A DNA stretch of 64,000 bases from positions 2,432 to 66,431 of the forward strand of contig CASFCU010000017.1 in assembly GCA_949293285.1 (NCBI GenBank), written 5' to 3'. A program made the position numbers and the translations under genes. Below are positions 52,781-62,840 of the stretch, in pieces; position 1 is the first letter of the stretch, and each line of letters begins with the position of its first letter. The notes under the pieces were generated by a model. That model was given only the letters and a program-made list of their open reading frames with translations. It was not told the DNA's origin and searched no databases. This stretch comes from an uncultured bacterium (GTDB taxonomy: Bacteria > Bacillota_I > Bacilli_A > RF39 > UBA660).

Positions 52781-53638
52781 ATGAAAGAAGAAACATTACA
52801 ATTAAACAATTTTGACTCAATATTAGAAAAACAAATAAAAAAAAATCAAATAAATCATGCTTACCTAATCGAAACCAATGATTCAAAGAGAATAGAAATA
52901 GCATACAAACTAATTCAAAAAATATTAAGTTTTGAAAATAAAATAACCATTGAAGATTTACAAAGAAATTCTGATTTGCAAATAATAAAAACAGAATCAC
53001 AGACAATAAAAAAAGAAGAAATAACAGAATTAAAAAATAAATTCAAAACTAAATCAACACATAATTCTCAAAGAATTTATATAATAGAAGAAGCAGAAAA
53101 ACTTAATAATTCATCGGCAAACACATTACTAAAATTTCTAGAAGAACCAGAGGAAAATATCATAGCAATATTGATTACAAACAACAGAAATATTGTAATT
53201 AACACTATTGTATCTAGATGCCAAATAATAAGATATTTTATACCCGAAGGTATAAATAGTAACTATAAAGAAGAATATATTGAAAATCTATTCTCATTTA
53301 TAATGATGTTAGAAGAAAAAAAAGAAAAGACCATTGCTTATTCAAATAAATTTTTAATAAAAGAACTATCAGACAGGACAAGTTTTGCCAAATTTTTAAA
53401 CGATATACTCTATGTGTACAACGATATATTACATCATAAAATAGGAATAAAACCGGATTACTTTTTCCAATATGAAACAAACATAGCAAAAATAGCGGAC
53501 TGTAATGAAATTGTAGACATAAAAAATAAAATAAATTCGATTAATTTATGTATTAATAGGTTAAAATATAATCCTAATATTAAATTACTTTTTGATAAAC
53601 TAATAATACTTATGAGTGGAGTTGATGTAGATGTATGA
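52781..53638 (+). CDS. holB: DNA polymerase III delta-prime subunit (degenerate N-terminus)
   Basis: HAYL, AEKLNNSSANTLLKFLEEP and TIVSRCQ motifs. Confidence 0.88.
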   Translation: MKEETLQLNNFDSILEKQIKKNQINHAYLIETNDSKRIEIAYKLIQKILSFENKITIEDLQRNSDLQIIKTESQTIKKEEITELKNKFKTKSTHNSQRIYIIEEAEKLNNSSANTLLKFLEEPEENIIAILITNNRNIVINTIVSRCQIIRYFIPEGINSNYKEEYIENLFSFIMMLEEKKEKTIAYSNKFLIKELSDRTSFAKFLNDILYVYNDILHHKIGIKPDYFFQYETNIAKIADCNEIVDIKNKINSINLCINRLKYNPNIKLLFDKLIILMSGVDVDV

Positions 53639-54431
53639 AGTAGTAGGTGTAAGTCTTATAAATTCTAACAGAATATATTACTTTTCCCCAAATAATATTT
53701 TCTTCCAAAAAAATGATAAAGTTGTAGTTGAAACTGAAAGAGGATTTCAATTGGGAATCATCAAAACAGAAACATTAAAATTATCTTCTGAAAAGCTTTC
53801 ATTACCATTAAAACCAATATTAAGATTAGCAACAGAAGAAGATAAAAAAAAACAAATTGAAAATGAAAAACTAGCAAAGGAAGCTTTAGAAAACGCAAAG
53901 AAAATAGCAAAGAAAATGGAATTAAACATGAAATTTTTGGACTCTAATTTCACCTTGGACAGAAATCAACTAATATTTACTTTTCTTGCTGATGAAAGAG
54001 TGGATTTTAGAGAACTAGCAAAAAAATTGGCTAGCATATATAAAACAAGAATAGAACTTAGGCAAATAGGCGTAAGAGACAAAGCAAAAGAAATTGGTGG
54101 CATTGGTCCTTGTGGTAGATTTCTATGTTGTAACACCTTCTTGAATGATTTCAACAGCGTATCTATAAATATGGCAAAAAATCAGTATCTTTCATTAAAT
54201 CCCACAAAAATTAACGGAATATGTGGTAGATTATTATGTTGTTTGAAATATGAAGATGAACAGTATACAGAAATGAAACAGAAATTTCCGGCAATTGGAA
54301 CCAGAATAAAGATAGATGGAAAAGAAGGAAAAGTAATTTCCCATAACCTATTAAAAAATACATTTATTGTAGAGCAAATGGATAAGACAACAATAGAAAT
54401 AGAGAATAAAAAGTATGAAAGTAATCAATGA
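53631..54431 (+). CDS. ricT: PSP1-domain protein RicT/YaaT
   Basis: RVDFRELAK, RIELRQIGVRD, GPCGRFLCC and CGRLLCCLKYE motifs. Confidence 0.92.
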   Translation: MYEVVGVSLINSNRIYYFSPNNIFFQKNDKVVVETERGFQLGIIKTETLKLSSEKLSLPLKPILRLATEEDKKKQIENEKLAKEALENAKKIAKKMELNMKFLDSNFTLDRNQLIFTFLADERVDFRELAKKLASIYKTRIELRQIGVRDKAKEIGGIGPCGRFLCCNTFLNDFNSVSINMAKNQYLSLNPTKINGICGRLLCCLKYEDEQYTEMKQKFPAIGTRIKIDGKEGKVISHNLLKNTFIVEQMDKTTIEIENKKYESNQ

Positions 54432-55143
54432 TTTGTTAGATTATAACGGAATGAAAATAGTACAAGATAATGACTTTTTCAATTTCTCACTCGATTCTGT
54501 ATTATTGCCGAATTTTGTAACAATAACCAAAAAAACAAAAAAAATATTAGATCTCGGAACTGGAAATGCTCCGATTCCTATGATACTATCTACTAGAACT
54601 AACGCCGAGATATATGGAATAGAAATACAAAAAGAGATATATCAACTGGCAAAAGAATCATTAGCAATAAATGGATTAGAAAAAAGAATTAATCTTATAA
54701 ACGATGATATGAAAAATCTAAAAAACTATTTTCCATTTAACTCTTTCGACTTAATTTTATCCAATCCACCTTATTTTAAATTGAATGAAAAATCAAATAA
54801 GAACGATATCCCACAAAAAACGATTGCACGTCATGAAGAAAAAATAACATTAAAAGAAATTATCGAGCTAGCAAAAAAGTTTTTAGATAACAACGGAAGA
54901 TTTGCACTAATTCACAGGACAGACAGATTAATAGAAATAATAGAATTATTAAGAAAAAATAATATAGAACCGAAAAAAATTCAGCTTATATATCCCAAAA
55001 ATAATACTGAATCAAACATGGTGCTAATAGAAGGAAGAAAAAATGGTAACTCAGGATTAAAAATATTACCTCCAATTATAGTTCATAATGAAAATGGTGA
55101 ATATACTCAAACAATAAAAAAAATATTTAGTTCAAAGGAGTAA
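54415..55143 (+). CDS. tRNA1(Val) (adenine37-N6)-methyltransferase (YabB-like)
   Basis: FSLDSVLL, LDLGTGNA, NPPYF and IARHE motifs. Confidence 0.88.
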   Translation: MKVINDLLDYNGMKIVQDNDFFNFSLDSVLLPNFVTITKKTKKILDLGTGNAPIPMILSTRTNAEIYGIEIQKEIYQLAKESLAINGLEKRINLINDDMKNLKNYFPFNSFDLILSNPPYFKLNEKSNKNDIPQKTIARHEEKITLKEIIELAKKFLDNNGRFALIHRTDRLIEIIELLRKNNIEPKKIQLIYPKNNTESNMVLIEGRKNGNSGLKILPPIIVHNENGEYTQTIKKIFSSKE

Positions 55144-55147
55144 AAAT

Positions 55148-55708
55148 ATGAAATTAATAGTAGGCCTAGGAAATCCAGGAAAAGAATTTGCAAATACAAG
55201 ACATAATATGGGATATATATTTCTCGATAAATTTGCATTATCATTGAAAATAGAATTCAAAAAAGAAAAATTTAATGGCCTTTATGCAGAAACTACAATA
55301 AATAATGAGAAAATAATATTACTAAAACCATTATCATATATGAATTTATCAGGAGAAGTTGTAAAAAAATATAAAGAATTTTTCAAAATAGACATAGACA
55401 ATATATTGATAATTAGTGATGATTTAGACATGGAATTTGGAAGAATTAGATTAAAACCATATGGATCTAGTGGTGGTCACAATGGATTAAAAAATATAGA
55501 ACTAAATTTACAAACACAAAATTTTAAAAGAATAAAAATTGGAATATCAAAGGATAAAAATATAGATACAAAAGATTATGTACTAGGAAAATTCTCAAAA
55601 GAAGAAGAGAAAATAATTAATGATATATCTCAAACAATGATCAATATTTTACATGATTTTGTATTTTTAAATTATGATAAATTAATGAGTAAATATAACA
55701 AAAAGTAA
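55148..55708 (+). CDS. pth: Peptidyl-tRNA hydrolase
   Basis: LIVGLGNPG, TRHN, YMNLSG and GGHNGLK motifs. Confidence 0.97.
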   Translation: MKLIVGLGNPGKEFANTRHNMGYIFLDKFALSLKIEFKKEKFNGLYAETTINNEKIILLKPLSYMNLSGEVVKKYKEFFKIDIDNILIISDDLDMEFGRIRLKPYGSSGGHNGLKNIELNLQTQNFKRIKIGISKDKNIDTKDYVLGKFSKEEEKIINDISQTMINILHDFVFLNYDKLMSKYNKK

Positions 55709-55718
55709 CGGTGATAGC

Positions 55719-58700
55719 ATGAACTTATTAAATGACATAGTAAAAATTAATCATTCTAAAATAACTGGATTGGTCGGATTAAACGACGAATTCTTTTCGT
55801 TGTATATAAATAAATTATATAATGAACAAGATAAAAATATTTTAATAGTGACATCAACTTTATATGAGGCAAACTTAATAAATAACTATTTATCCACTTA
55901 TTCTAATAACACTTATTTATTCCCAATGGATGACTTTCTAACAAGTGAATCAATTGCAATAAGTCCAGATTTAAAAGTAACAAGATTAGAAACGATAAAT
56001 AAGACTATAAAAAATAATAAAAAAATAGTAGTAACTCATTTAAATGGATACCTTAGATATTTGCCATCAAAATCAATTTACGAAAAATCAATTTTAGAAA
56101 TCAGAAAACAAGAGGAATACAAAAGAGAAAAACTAATAGAAAATCTAACAAATATAGGTTATGAAAGAGCAACTATAGTAACTAAAACAGGAGAAATGGG
56201 AATACGAGGATTTATCTTAGATGTCTTTCCAATCGAATATGAACATCCGGTGCGAATAGAATTTTTTGGAGATGAAATTGATTCCATAAGAATATTTGAT
56301 GAAGATACTCAAAAAACAATCCAAGAAATAGAAAGCGTATCTATCTATCCATACACAGAATTTTTAATTACCAAAACAGATATCACTCTTGATAAGGAAA
56401 AAGATAACCAAAAATATTTGAAACAGATCTTAAACGAAAATGTAGCATCTATATATAATTATTTAGACGAACCAATAACTGTTTTTAAGAACTATAATCA
56501 AATAAAAATGAGTTACGAACAACAATTAGAGCAAATCTTTGAATACAAAACTGATAAAGATTCCTTTTTTAAAGGAAATTATATGTTTGATTTAAATGAA
56601 ATACCACAGAACAAAATTATATATTATAATACCATAGATAATTTGATTGAAGATTTATCAAAAAATGACATAATAGATTTTCAAGTAAAAGAAATTGGAA
56701 ATTTCCAAGAAAATATAGAAATAATAAATAAATACATAGATGAAAATATATATATGAACAAAACCATCATCATAGCACTTAAAGATTACCAAATTAAAAG
56801 TTTCACAAAATTTATTAATCATAACTACATAATTACGGACTATAAAAATATCTTGGATAATCAAGTAAATATAATTAATTTTCCAATGAATAAAGGATTT
56901 ATCTACAAAAATTATATCATACTAACGGAATCAGAATTATTTTCTAAACATATAAATAAATCAAAATATAGAACGAACTTCAAATACTCTTCAAAAATTA
57001 AGAATATAAACAATTTGGAGAAAGGAGACTATGTTGTTCACAGTCTTCATGGAATAGGAATATATAACGGAATAAAAACGTTGAAACAGTCTGGTTTGTT
57101 AAAAGACTATCTAGAAATATTGTATCAAGGAAAAGATAAACTTTATATTCCGGTAGAAAAAATAGATTTAATAAGTAAATATACTGGAAAAGAAGGAATG
57201 TCTCCTAAAATAAATAAATTAGGTGGAACCGAATGGCAAAAAACAAAACTAAGAGTAAAAAATAAAGTAAAAGATATAGCAGAAAAACTGTTAAAATTAT
57301 ATGCTAAAAGAGAAATGAAAAAAGGATTTCAATTTAGTAAAGATAATGAACTACAAATAATGTTTGAAGAAGAATTTCCATATTCACCAACAAAAGATCA
57401 ATTATATGTAACAAAACAAATCAAAGATGATATGGAGTCTTCAGTTCCAATGGATAGATTACTATGTGGAGACGTTGGCTATGGAAAAACAGAAGTAGCA
57501 TTTAGAGCCATATTTAAAGCAGTAAATGATGGAAAACAAGTACTATATTTATGCCCTACAACGATACTTTCAAATCAACAGTATGAAAACGCTATCCAAA
57601 GATTTAAAAATTTTCCAGTAAATATAGCACTTTTAAACAGATTTACTACAGTAAAAGAAACAAAAAGTATTATTCAAGGAATACAGGATGGAAAAATAGA
57701 CGTTCTATTTGGAACACATAGATTATTGAGCAATGATATAAAGCCATCTAATCTTGGTCTTTTAGTTATTGATGAAGAACAAAGATTTGGTGTAGTTCAC
57801 AAAGAGAAAATAAAAGAATACAAAGAAAATGTCGATGTATTAACATTAACAGCTACACCAATACCAAGAACTTTGCAAATGTCAATGACAGGTCTTAGAA
57901 GTCTTTCACTAATAGAAACTCCACCTATAGATAGGTATCCAGTACAAACCTATGTAATGGAGGAAAACATTCATGTAATAAAAGATGCTATATACAAAGA
58001 ATTAGCAAGAAATGGACAAATATTTATTTTATATAACCGTGTTGAAAAAATAGAAAACAAAAAAATGGAATTAGAAAAATTACTACCAGAAGCAAAAATA
58101 ATAGAAGCACATGGGCAAATGAATAAAATAGAATTAGAAAATCGAATGATTGACTTTATAAATCATAAATACGATATACTATTATGTACTACCATAATAG
58201 AAACAGGAATCGATATTCCTAATGTTAACACCTTAATAATATATGATGCAGATTGTTTTGGACTTAGTCAATTATACCAAATCAGAGGAAGAGTAGGCAG
58301 AAGCAATAAAATAGCATATGCATATTTAATGTATAACAAAAACAAAATGTTAACAGAAACAGCCGTAAAAAGATTGAATGTCATAAAAGAATTCACAGAA
58401 TTGGGAAGTGGTTTTAAAATTGCAACAAGAGACTTATCAATCAGAGGAGCAGGAGATATTCTTGGAAGTGAACAGGCTGGATTTATTGACAACATTGGTA
58501 TTGAACTTTATTTAAAAATACTAAATGAAGAAATTGCTAAATTAAAAGGGGAGAGCATAGAAGAACAAACAGAAACAGAAGAAAAACCACTTATCAATGT
58601 AGAAACTCATATATCGGATGATTATGTAGAAGACGCTAACTTAAAGATAGAAATTCATAAAAAAATTAATGAAATAGATTCTTATAACAAACTATTAACA

Positions 58701-59033
58701 ATAAAAAATGAATTAGAAGATAGATTCGGAAAACTAGATGAAAAAGTATTAATCTATATGTATGAAGAGTGGTTTGAAAAATTAGCAAAAAAATTGCAAA
58801 TTGAAAAAGTAAACCAAACAAAAAATTATATAGAATTGATATTTTCTCAAGAAATATCATCAAAAATTGATGGTGAAAAGTTATTCTTAGATGCTTTCAA
58901 TATCTCAAGAATGTTCAGATTTCAAATGAAAAATGATCATTTAATAGTAATACTAGATACGATTAAACTAGAAGAAAATTACATATATTTATTAACAAAA
59001 CTTCTAGATAAAATAGAATTTCAAAAAAAGTAA
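55719..59033 (+). CDS. mfd: Transcription-repair coupling factor
   Basis: GDYVVH..HGIG CarD-like domain, GDVGYGKTEVA, DEEQRFGV and QIRGRVGRS motifs. Confidence 0.97.
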   Translation: MNLLNDIVKINHSKITGLVGLNDEFFSLYINKLYNEQDKNILIVTSTLYEANLINNYLSTYSNNTYLFPMDDFLTSESIAISPDLKVTRLETINKTIKNNKKIVVTHLNGYLRYLPSKSIYEKSILEIRKQEEYKREKLIENLTNIGYERATIVTKTGEMGIRGFILDVFPIEYEHPVRIEFFGDEIDSIRIFDEDTQKTIQEIESVSIYPYTEFLITKTDITLDKEKDNQKYLKQILNENVASIYNYLDEPITVFKNYNQIKMSYEQQLEQIFEYKTDKDSFFKGNYMFDLNEIPQNKIIYYNTIDNLIEDLSKNDIIDFQVKEIGNFQENIEIINKYIDENIYMNKTIIIALKDYQIKSFTKFINHNYIITDYKNILDNQVNIINFPMNKGFIYKNYIILTESELFSKHINKSKYRTNFKYSSKIKNINNLEKGDYVVHSLHGIGIYNGIKTLKQSGLLKDYLEILYQGKDKLYIPVEKIDLISKYTGKEGMSPKINKLGGTEWQKTKLRVKNKVKDIAEKLLKLYAKREMKKGFQFSKDNELQIMFEEEFPYSPTKDQLYVTKQIKDDMESSVPMDRLLCGDVGYGKTEVAFRAIFKAVNDGKQVLYLCPTTILSNQQYENAIQRFKNFPVNIALLNRFTTVKETKSIIQGIQDGKIDVLFGTHRLLSNDIKPSNLGLLVIDEEQRFGVVHKEKIKEYKENVDVLTLTATPIPRTLQMSMTGLRSLSLIETPPIDRYPVQTYVMEENIHVIKDAIYKELARNGQIFILYNRVEKIENKKMELEKLLPEAKIIEAHGQMNKIELENRMIDFINHKYDILLCTTIIETGIDIPNVNTLIIYDADCFGLSQLYQIRGRVGRSNKIAYAYLMYNKNKMLTETAVKRLNVIKEFTELGSGFKIATRDLSIRGAGDILGSEQAGFIDNIGIELYLKILNEEIAKLKGESIEEQTETEEKPLINVETHISDDYVEDANLKIEIHKKINEIDSYNKLLTIKNELEDRFGKLDEKVLIYMYEEWFEKLAKKLQIEKVNQTKNYIELIFSQEISSKIDGEKLFLDAFNISRMFRFQMKNDHLIVILDTIKLEENYIYLLTKLLDKIEFQKK

Positions 59034-59095
59034 TTTCTTGACTACTAAAAAGAGATTTGTTAATATCATATATATGATAGAAAAAGGTGTTATCA

Positions 59096-59722
59096 ATGGA
59101 ATTAAATATAAATAAAATGTTTCAAGATAAAAACAAAGAAATATTTAGAAATAGTCTAATTCTTGAAATGGAAAGGAATTTAGAAGCATTAAAAAATACA
59201 ACAGATAATTGTGTTGCATTAGAAATAAACAAATTAATTATATTTTTAACAAATTATTTTGAAGAAACAAAAATTGAATATAGAAAAGAAGAACTTTTGG
59301 GGTTATTATATCGTGAAAAAACAAAGATAAATAACATAGTTAATAATAAAATAGAAGAAAAGAAAAATAGAATAAAGAAAGAGTTTCTAGAAAGAAATAT
59401 AGAAAAAGACATTATAGAAGAGGATTATCTAAATGAATATTACGAAGTTATCACGAAAGAAACAGAAAAATTAAATAATGATTTAGACCTACTGCTAAAA
59501 ACAGAAATATGCACGGAATTTTCAATAGAACTTATCAAAAAATACAAATTGAATAACAAAGAACAAGAAGAAAGAATTCATAGTAGAATAAATACGTTGT
59601 TTAAAGATACGATTATTCGAAGAATAAAAGAAGAAACTTTATTCAGAGATGAATCACTAAAAAACATGTGTACTGAGTCTTATAAAAAATATACGGAATT
59701 AAATAAACATACTACAGAATAA
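59096..59722 (+). CDS. Hypothetical charged, helical protein
   Basis: About 208-aa E/K-rich ORF with its own upstream promoter-like region and downstream hairpin; no recognisable motif. Confidence 0.7.
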   Translation: MELNINKMFQDKNKEIFRNSLILEMERNLEALKNTTDNCVALEINKLIIFLTNYFEETKIEYRKEELLGLLYREKTKINNIVNNKIEEKKNRIKKEFLERNIEKDIIEEDYLNEYYEVITKETEKLNNDLDLLLKTEICTEFSIELIKKYKLNNKEQEERIHSRINTLFKDTIIRRIKEETLFRDESLKNMCTESYKKYTELNKHTTE

Positions 59723-59723
59723 G

Positions 59724-59752
59724 AAAACTTACTGATAAAACAGTAAGTTTTT
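59724..59752 (+). terminator. Intrinsic terminator
   Basis: AAAACTTACTG-ataaaa-CAGTAAGTTTT perfect inverted repeat. Confidence 0.75.
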
Positions 59753-59878
59753 AATTTGGTAAAAATTACCACAGGAAAACTACTAATAAAGATATTATAA
59801 TTTACTTAGAAGTAAATTTTATGTATAAAAAATAGTTAACTACAAAAACTAATGATGTAAATGAAATGGAGGACAAAA

Positions 59879-60406
59879 ATGGAAACAACTGGAGTAGTAA
59901 GAAGAATTGATGAACTTGGAAGAATAGTAATACCAAAAGAAATAAGACGACACCTAGGAATAAAAGACGGAGCCTCTTTAGAAATATATGTAGATAAAGA
60001 TGTAGTAGCATTAAAGAAATATTCAACTATGAGTAATTTAGTAGAAATGTCAAATATATATTCGGAAACCGTATATAGTACGATGAAAGCAGAAATGTTT
60101 ATAACGGATAGAGATAATATCATTTCTTGTCCTAATTTAAGAAAAAAAGAATACTTAAACAAGCAGATAAGTAAATACTTAGAAGAATGTATCACTAAAA
60201 GGAGTAAGGTAAAAGAAGACGAATCAAAAAAACTATATCTAACAGAAGATAAATTTATAGAATGTAAGTACATAATATCTCCAATCATTGCCAATGGAGA
60301 TGTAATTGGATTAGTTATATTAATAAATGATGGAGAGTTAAAAGATACGGATAAAAATGTTGTGGACATTGCTTCTAATTTTTTAGGAAAAAATGTTGAA
60401 GAATAA
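59879..60406 (+). CDS. spoVT: Stage V sporulation protein T (AbrB-like N-terminus + GAF domain)
   Basis: METTGVVRRIDELGRIVIPKEIRR and PIIANGDVIG; downstream of mfd. Start ATG 59879 after GGAGG. Confidence 0.9.
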   Translation: METTGVVRRIDELGRIVIPKEIRRHLGIKDGASLEIYVDKDVVALKKYSTMSNLVEMSNIYSETVYSTMKAEMFITDRDNIISCPNLRKKEYLNKQISKYLEECITKRSKVKEDESKKLYLTEDKFIECKYIISPIIANGDVIGLVILINDGELKDTDKNVVDIASNFLGKNVEE

Positions 60407-60424
60407 AAATTACTATGTTATAAT
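60396..60424 (+). promoter_or_regulatory. Sigma-A promoter (extended -10) of the T-box leader
   Basis: TTGAAG, 17-nt spacer, TG-n-TATAAT. Confidence 0.7.
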
Positions 60425-60439
60425 TTCACTATATTTTAA

Positions 60440-60666
60440 ATGTAAAGAGGGAAAAGAGAGATAAATAATTCTATCACAAGAGAGTCTTGAAAGGTGGAAG
60501 AAGACATAGAAATTTATCAAAAATGGCTTCCTGAACAGACTAGCATGAATATAGTGATTTATTGCTAGTACGTAAAACGCGTTATGTTTCAAGTGCACAA
60601 ATTTAACATTTGTGAATTAAGGTGGTACCACGGTAAACTCGTCCTTTTTTGGATGGGTTTTTTATT
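60440..60666 (+). ncRNA. T-box riboswitch, methionine specificity
   Basis: AGAGAG and GGTGGAA stem I loops, probable specifier ATG at 60523-60525, T-box AAGGTGGTACCACG at 60619-60632 and terminator at 60635-60666. Confidence 0.9.
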
Positions 60667-60677
60667 AGGAGGATTTT

Positions 60678-61166
60678 ATGGGAAGATATTTTGAGAAAAT
60701 TAGTTTTCAACAATTTCAAAAAGATATATCCAATGATAAAGAAGTATATAATCAATATCTTCTTCCAAAAAGAAGTACAAAAAAAAGTGCTGGATATGAT
60801 TTTTTTGCAATAGAAAACATTACGCTAAAACCTGGAGAAATAAAAAAAATTCCAACTGGTTATAAAGCAAATTTTGAAAGTGATGAAATGCTTTTATTAG
60901 TTATTAGAAGTAGCATGGGATTCAAGTATAACGTAAGATTAACAAACCAAATTGGTATAATAGATTGTGACTACTATAATAATATTAATAATGAAGGACA
61001 TATTCTAGTATCGTTGCAAAATGAAGGTAAGAAAGAAATTACCATAAAAGAAGGAGAGGCTTATGTTCAGGGAATATTTACAAAGTTTTTAATTTCTGAT
61101 AACGATTGTACCATTACAGAAAGAATTGGCGGGGTAGGAAGTACGAATAAACGAAAGGATGATTAA
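60678..61166 (+). CDS. dut: dUTP diphosphatase (trimeric dUTPase)
   Basis: SAGYD, RSS, GIIDCDY, QGIF and RxGGxGST motifs. Confidence 0.92.
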   Translation: MGRYFEKISFQQFQKDISNDKEVYNQYLLPKRSTKKSAGYDFFAIENITLKPGEIKKIPTGYKANFESDEMLLLVIRSSMGFKYNVRLTNQIGIIDCDYYNNINNEGHILVSLQNEGKKEITIKEGEAYVQGIFTKFLISDNDCTITERIGGVGSTNKRKDD

Positions 61167-61169
61167 ATT

Positions 61170-62720
61170 ATGGAAAAATATTATATATCTACAGCAATAG
61201 CATACACTTCAGCAAAACCACATATTGGAAATACTTATGAAATTGTTTTAGCAGATGCAATAGCAAGATACAAAAGACAAAAAGGATTTGATGTATATTT
61301 TCAAACTGGAACGGATGAGCATGGAGAGAAAATCCAACAAAAAGCGGAAGAAAAAGGAATAACTCCACAAGCTTACGTAGACCAAATAGCAAATGAAATT
61401 AAAAGAATATGGGATATCATGGATACTAGTTATGATAACTTTGTAAGAACTACAGATAAAAATCATAAAGAAAAAGTTCAGAAAATATTTAAAAAGTTAT
61501 ATGATCAAAACGATATATACAAAGGAAAATACGAAGGATTATATTGTACACCTTGTGAATCTTTTTTTACTGAAAGTCAACTAATAGATGGAAAATGCCC
61601 AGATTGTGGAAGGGAAGTACACAAAGCAAGTGAAGAAGCATACTTTTTTAGACTTTCAAAATATCAAGATAGACTATTGCAATATATTCAAAATCATCCA
61701 GAATTCATTCAACCAGAATCTAGAAAAAATGAAATGATAAATAATTTTCTAAAACCAGGACTACAAGATTTATGTGTTTCTAGGACATCATTCACTTGGG
61801 GAATTCCAGTTGATTTTGATCCAAAACATGTTATATATGTTTGGATAGATGCATTATCTAATTACATAACAAACATTGGTTACGACACTGAAAAACCTGA
61901 AGAAAAATTCAACAAATATTGGCCAGCAGATTTGCATTTGATTGGCAAAGATATCATCAGATTCCATACTATATATTGGCCAATATTATTGATGGCCTTG
62001 GATTTACCATTACCAAAACAAGTTTTTGGTCATCCATGGTTACTGTTTGGTCAAGATAAAATGAGTAAATCTAAAGGAAATATTATGTATGCAGATGACT
62101 TAGTAAACTATTTTGGAGTAGATGCCATAAGGTATTATGTTCTTCATGAAATTCCTTTTGCTAATGATGGATCTATTAGCTACGAATTAATCATTGATAG
62201 AGTTAACAGTGACTTGGCAAATGTATTAGGAAATCTGGTAAACAGAACAATTTCTATGGCAAACAAATATTTTGATGGTAAAGTAACAAATAAAAAAATA
62301 CCTACAAGCTACGATAGTGATCTAATTGAAAAAATAAACTCATTGGATAAAAAAGTAGCAGAAAAAATGGATAAACTTGAAATCGGGGCAGCACTGGATG
62401 AAATATTCGACTTATTGAGAAGAAGTAACAAATATATAGATGAAACTACACCATGGATTCTAGCTAAAAATCCTGAAGAAAAAGAAAAATTAGAAACAGT
62501 AATATACAACTTATTAGAATCCATAAGAGTAGCAGCTATAGAGTTAAAACCATTTTTACCATCCACTAGCCAAAAAATTCTTGAACAATTGAACACTAAC
62601 ATAGAAGAAGAAAGATTTTTAGAAAAACAAAAGTATGAAACCTCGATACCAGTTCCACTATTTCAAAGAATAGATAAAGAAAAAAAACTAAAAGAGATAG
62701 AAGAACTATCTAAAAAGTAA
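61170..62720 (+). CDS. metG: Methionyl-tRNA synthetase, short form without the C-terminal tRNA-binding domain
   Basis: PHIGN, TGTDEHG, YVWIDAL, GKDIIRFH and KMSKS motifs. Confidence 0.97.
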   Translation: MEKYYISTAIAYTSAKPHIGNTYEIVLADAIARYKRQKGFDVYFQTGTDEHGEKIQQKAEEKGITPQAYVDQIANEIKRIWDIMDTSYDNFVRTTDKNHKEKVQKIFKKLYDQNDIYKGKYEGLYCTPCESFFTESQLIDGKCPDCGREVHKASEEAYFFRLSKYQDRLLQYIQNHPEFIQPESRKNEMINNFLKPGLQDLCVSRTSFTWGIPVDFDPKHVIYVWIDALSNYITNIGYDTEKPEEKFNKYWPADLHLIGKDIIRFHTIYWPILLMALDLPLPKQVFGHPWLLFGQDKMSKSKGNIMYADDLVNYFGVDAIRYYVLHEIPFANDGSISYELIIDRVNSDLANVLGNLVNRTISMANKYFDGKVTNKKIPTSYDSDLIEKINSLDKKVAEKMDKLEIGAALDEIFDLLRRSNKYIDETTPWILAKNPEEKEKLETVIYNLLESIRVAAIELKPFLPSTSQKILEQLNTNIEEERFLEKQKYETSIPVPLFQRIDKEKKLKEIEELSKK

Positions 62721-62840
62721 TAATGAATAAAAATGCAGATTACTATTGTAAAAAATATGAAATAAACTCAATAAAATCTACATTTTTATTATGCAGTATT
62801 ATAGAAAAAAGATTATAAAATGAATATTAGGAGTGAAAAT

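Noticed and set aside
60413..60598. 61-aa minus-strand ORF
   Set aside because: It is antisense to the T-box leader, which explains the sequence.
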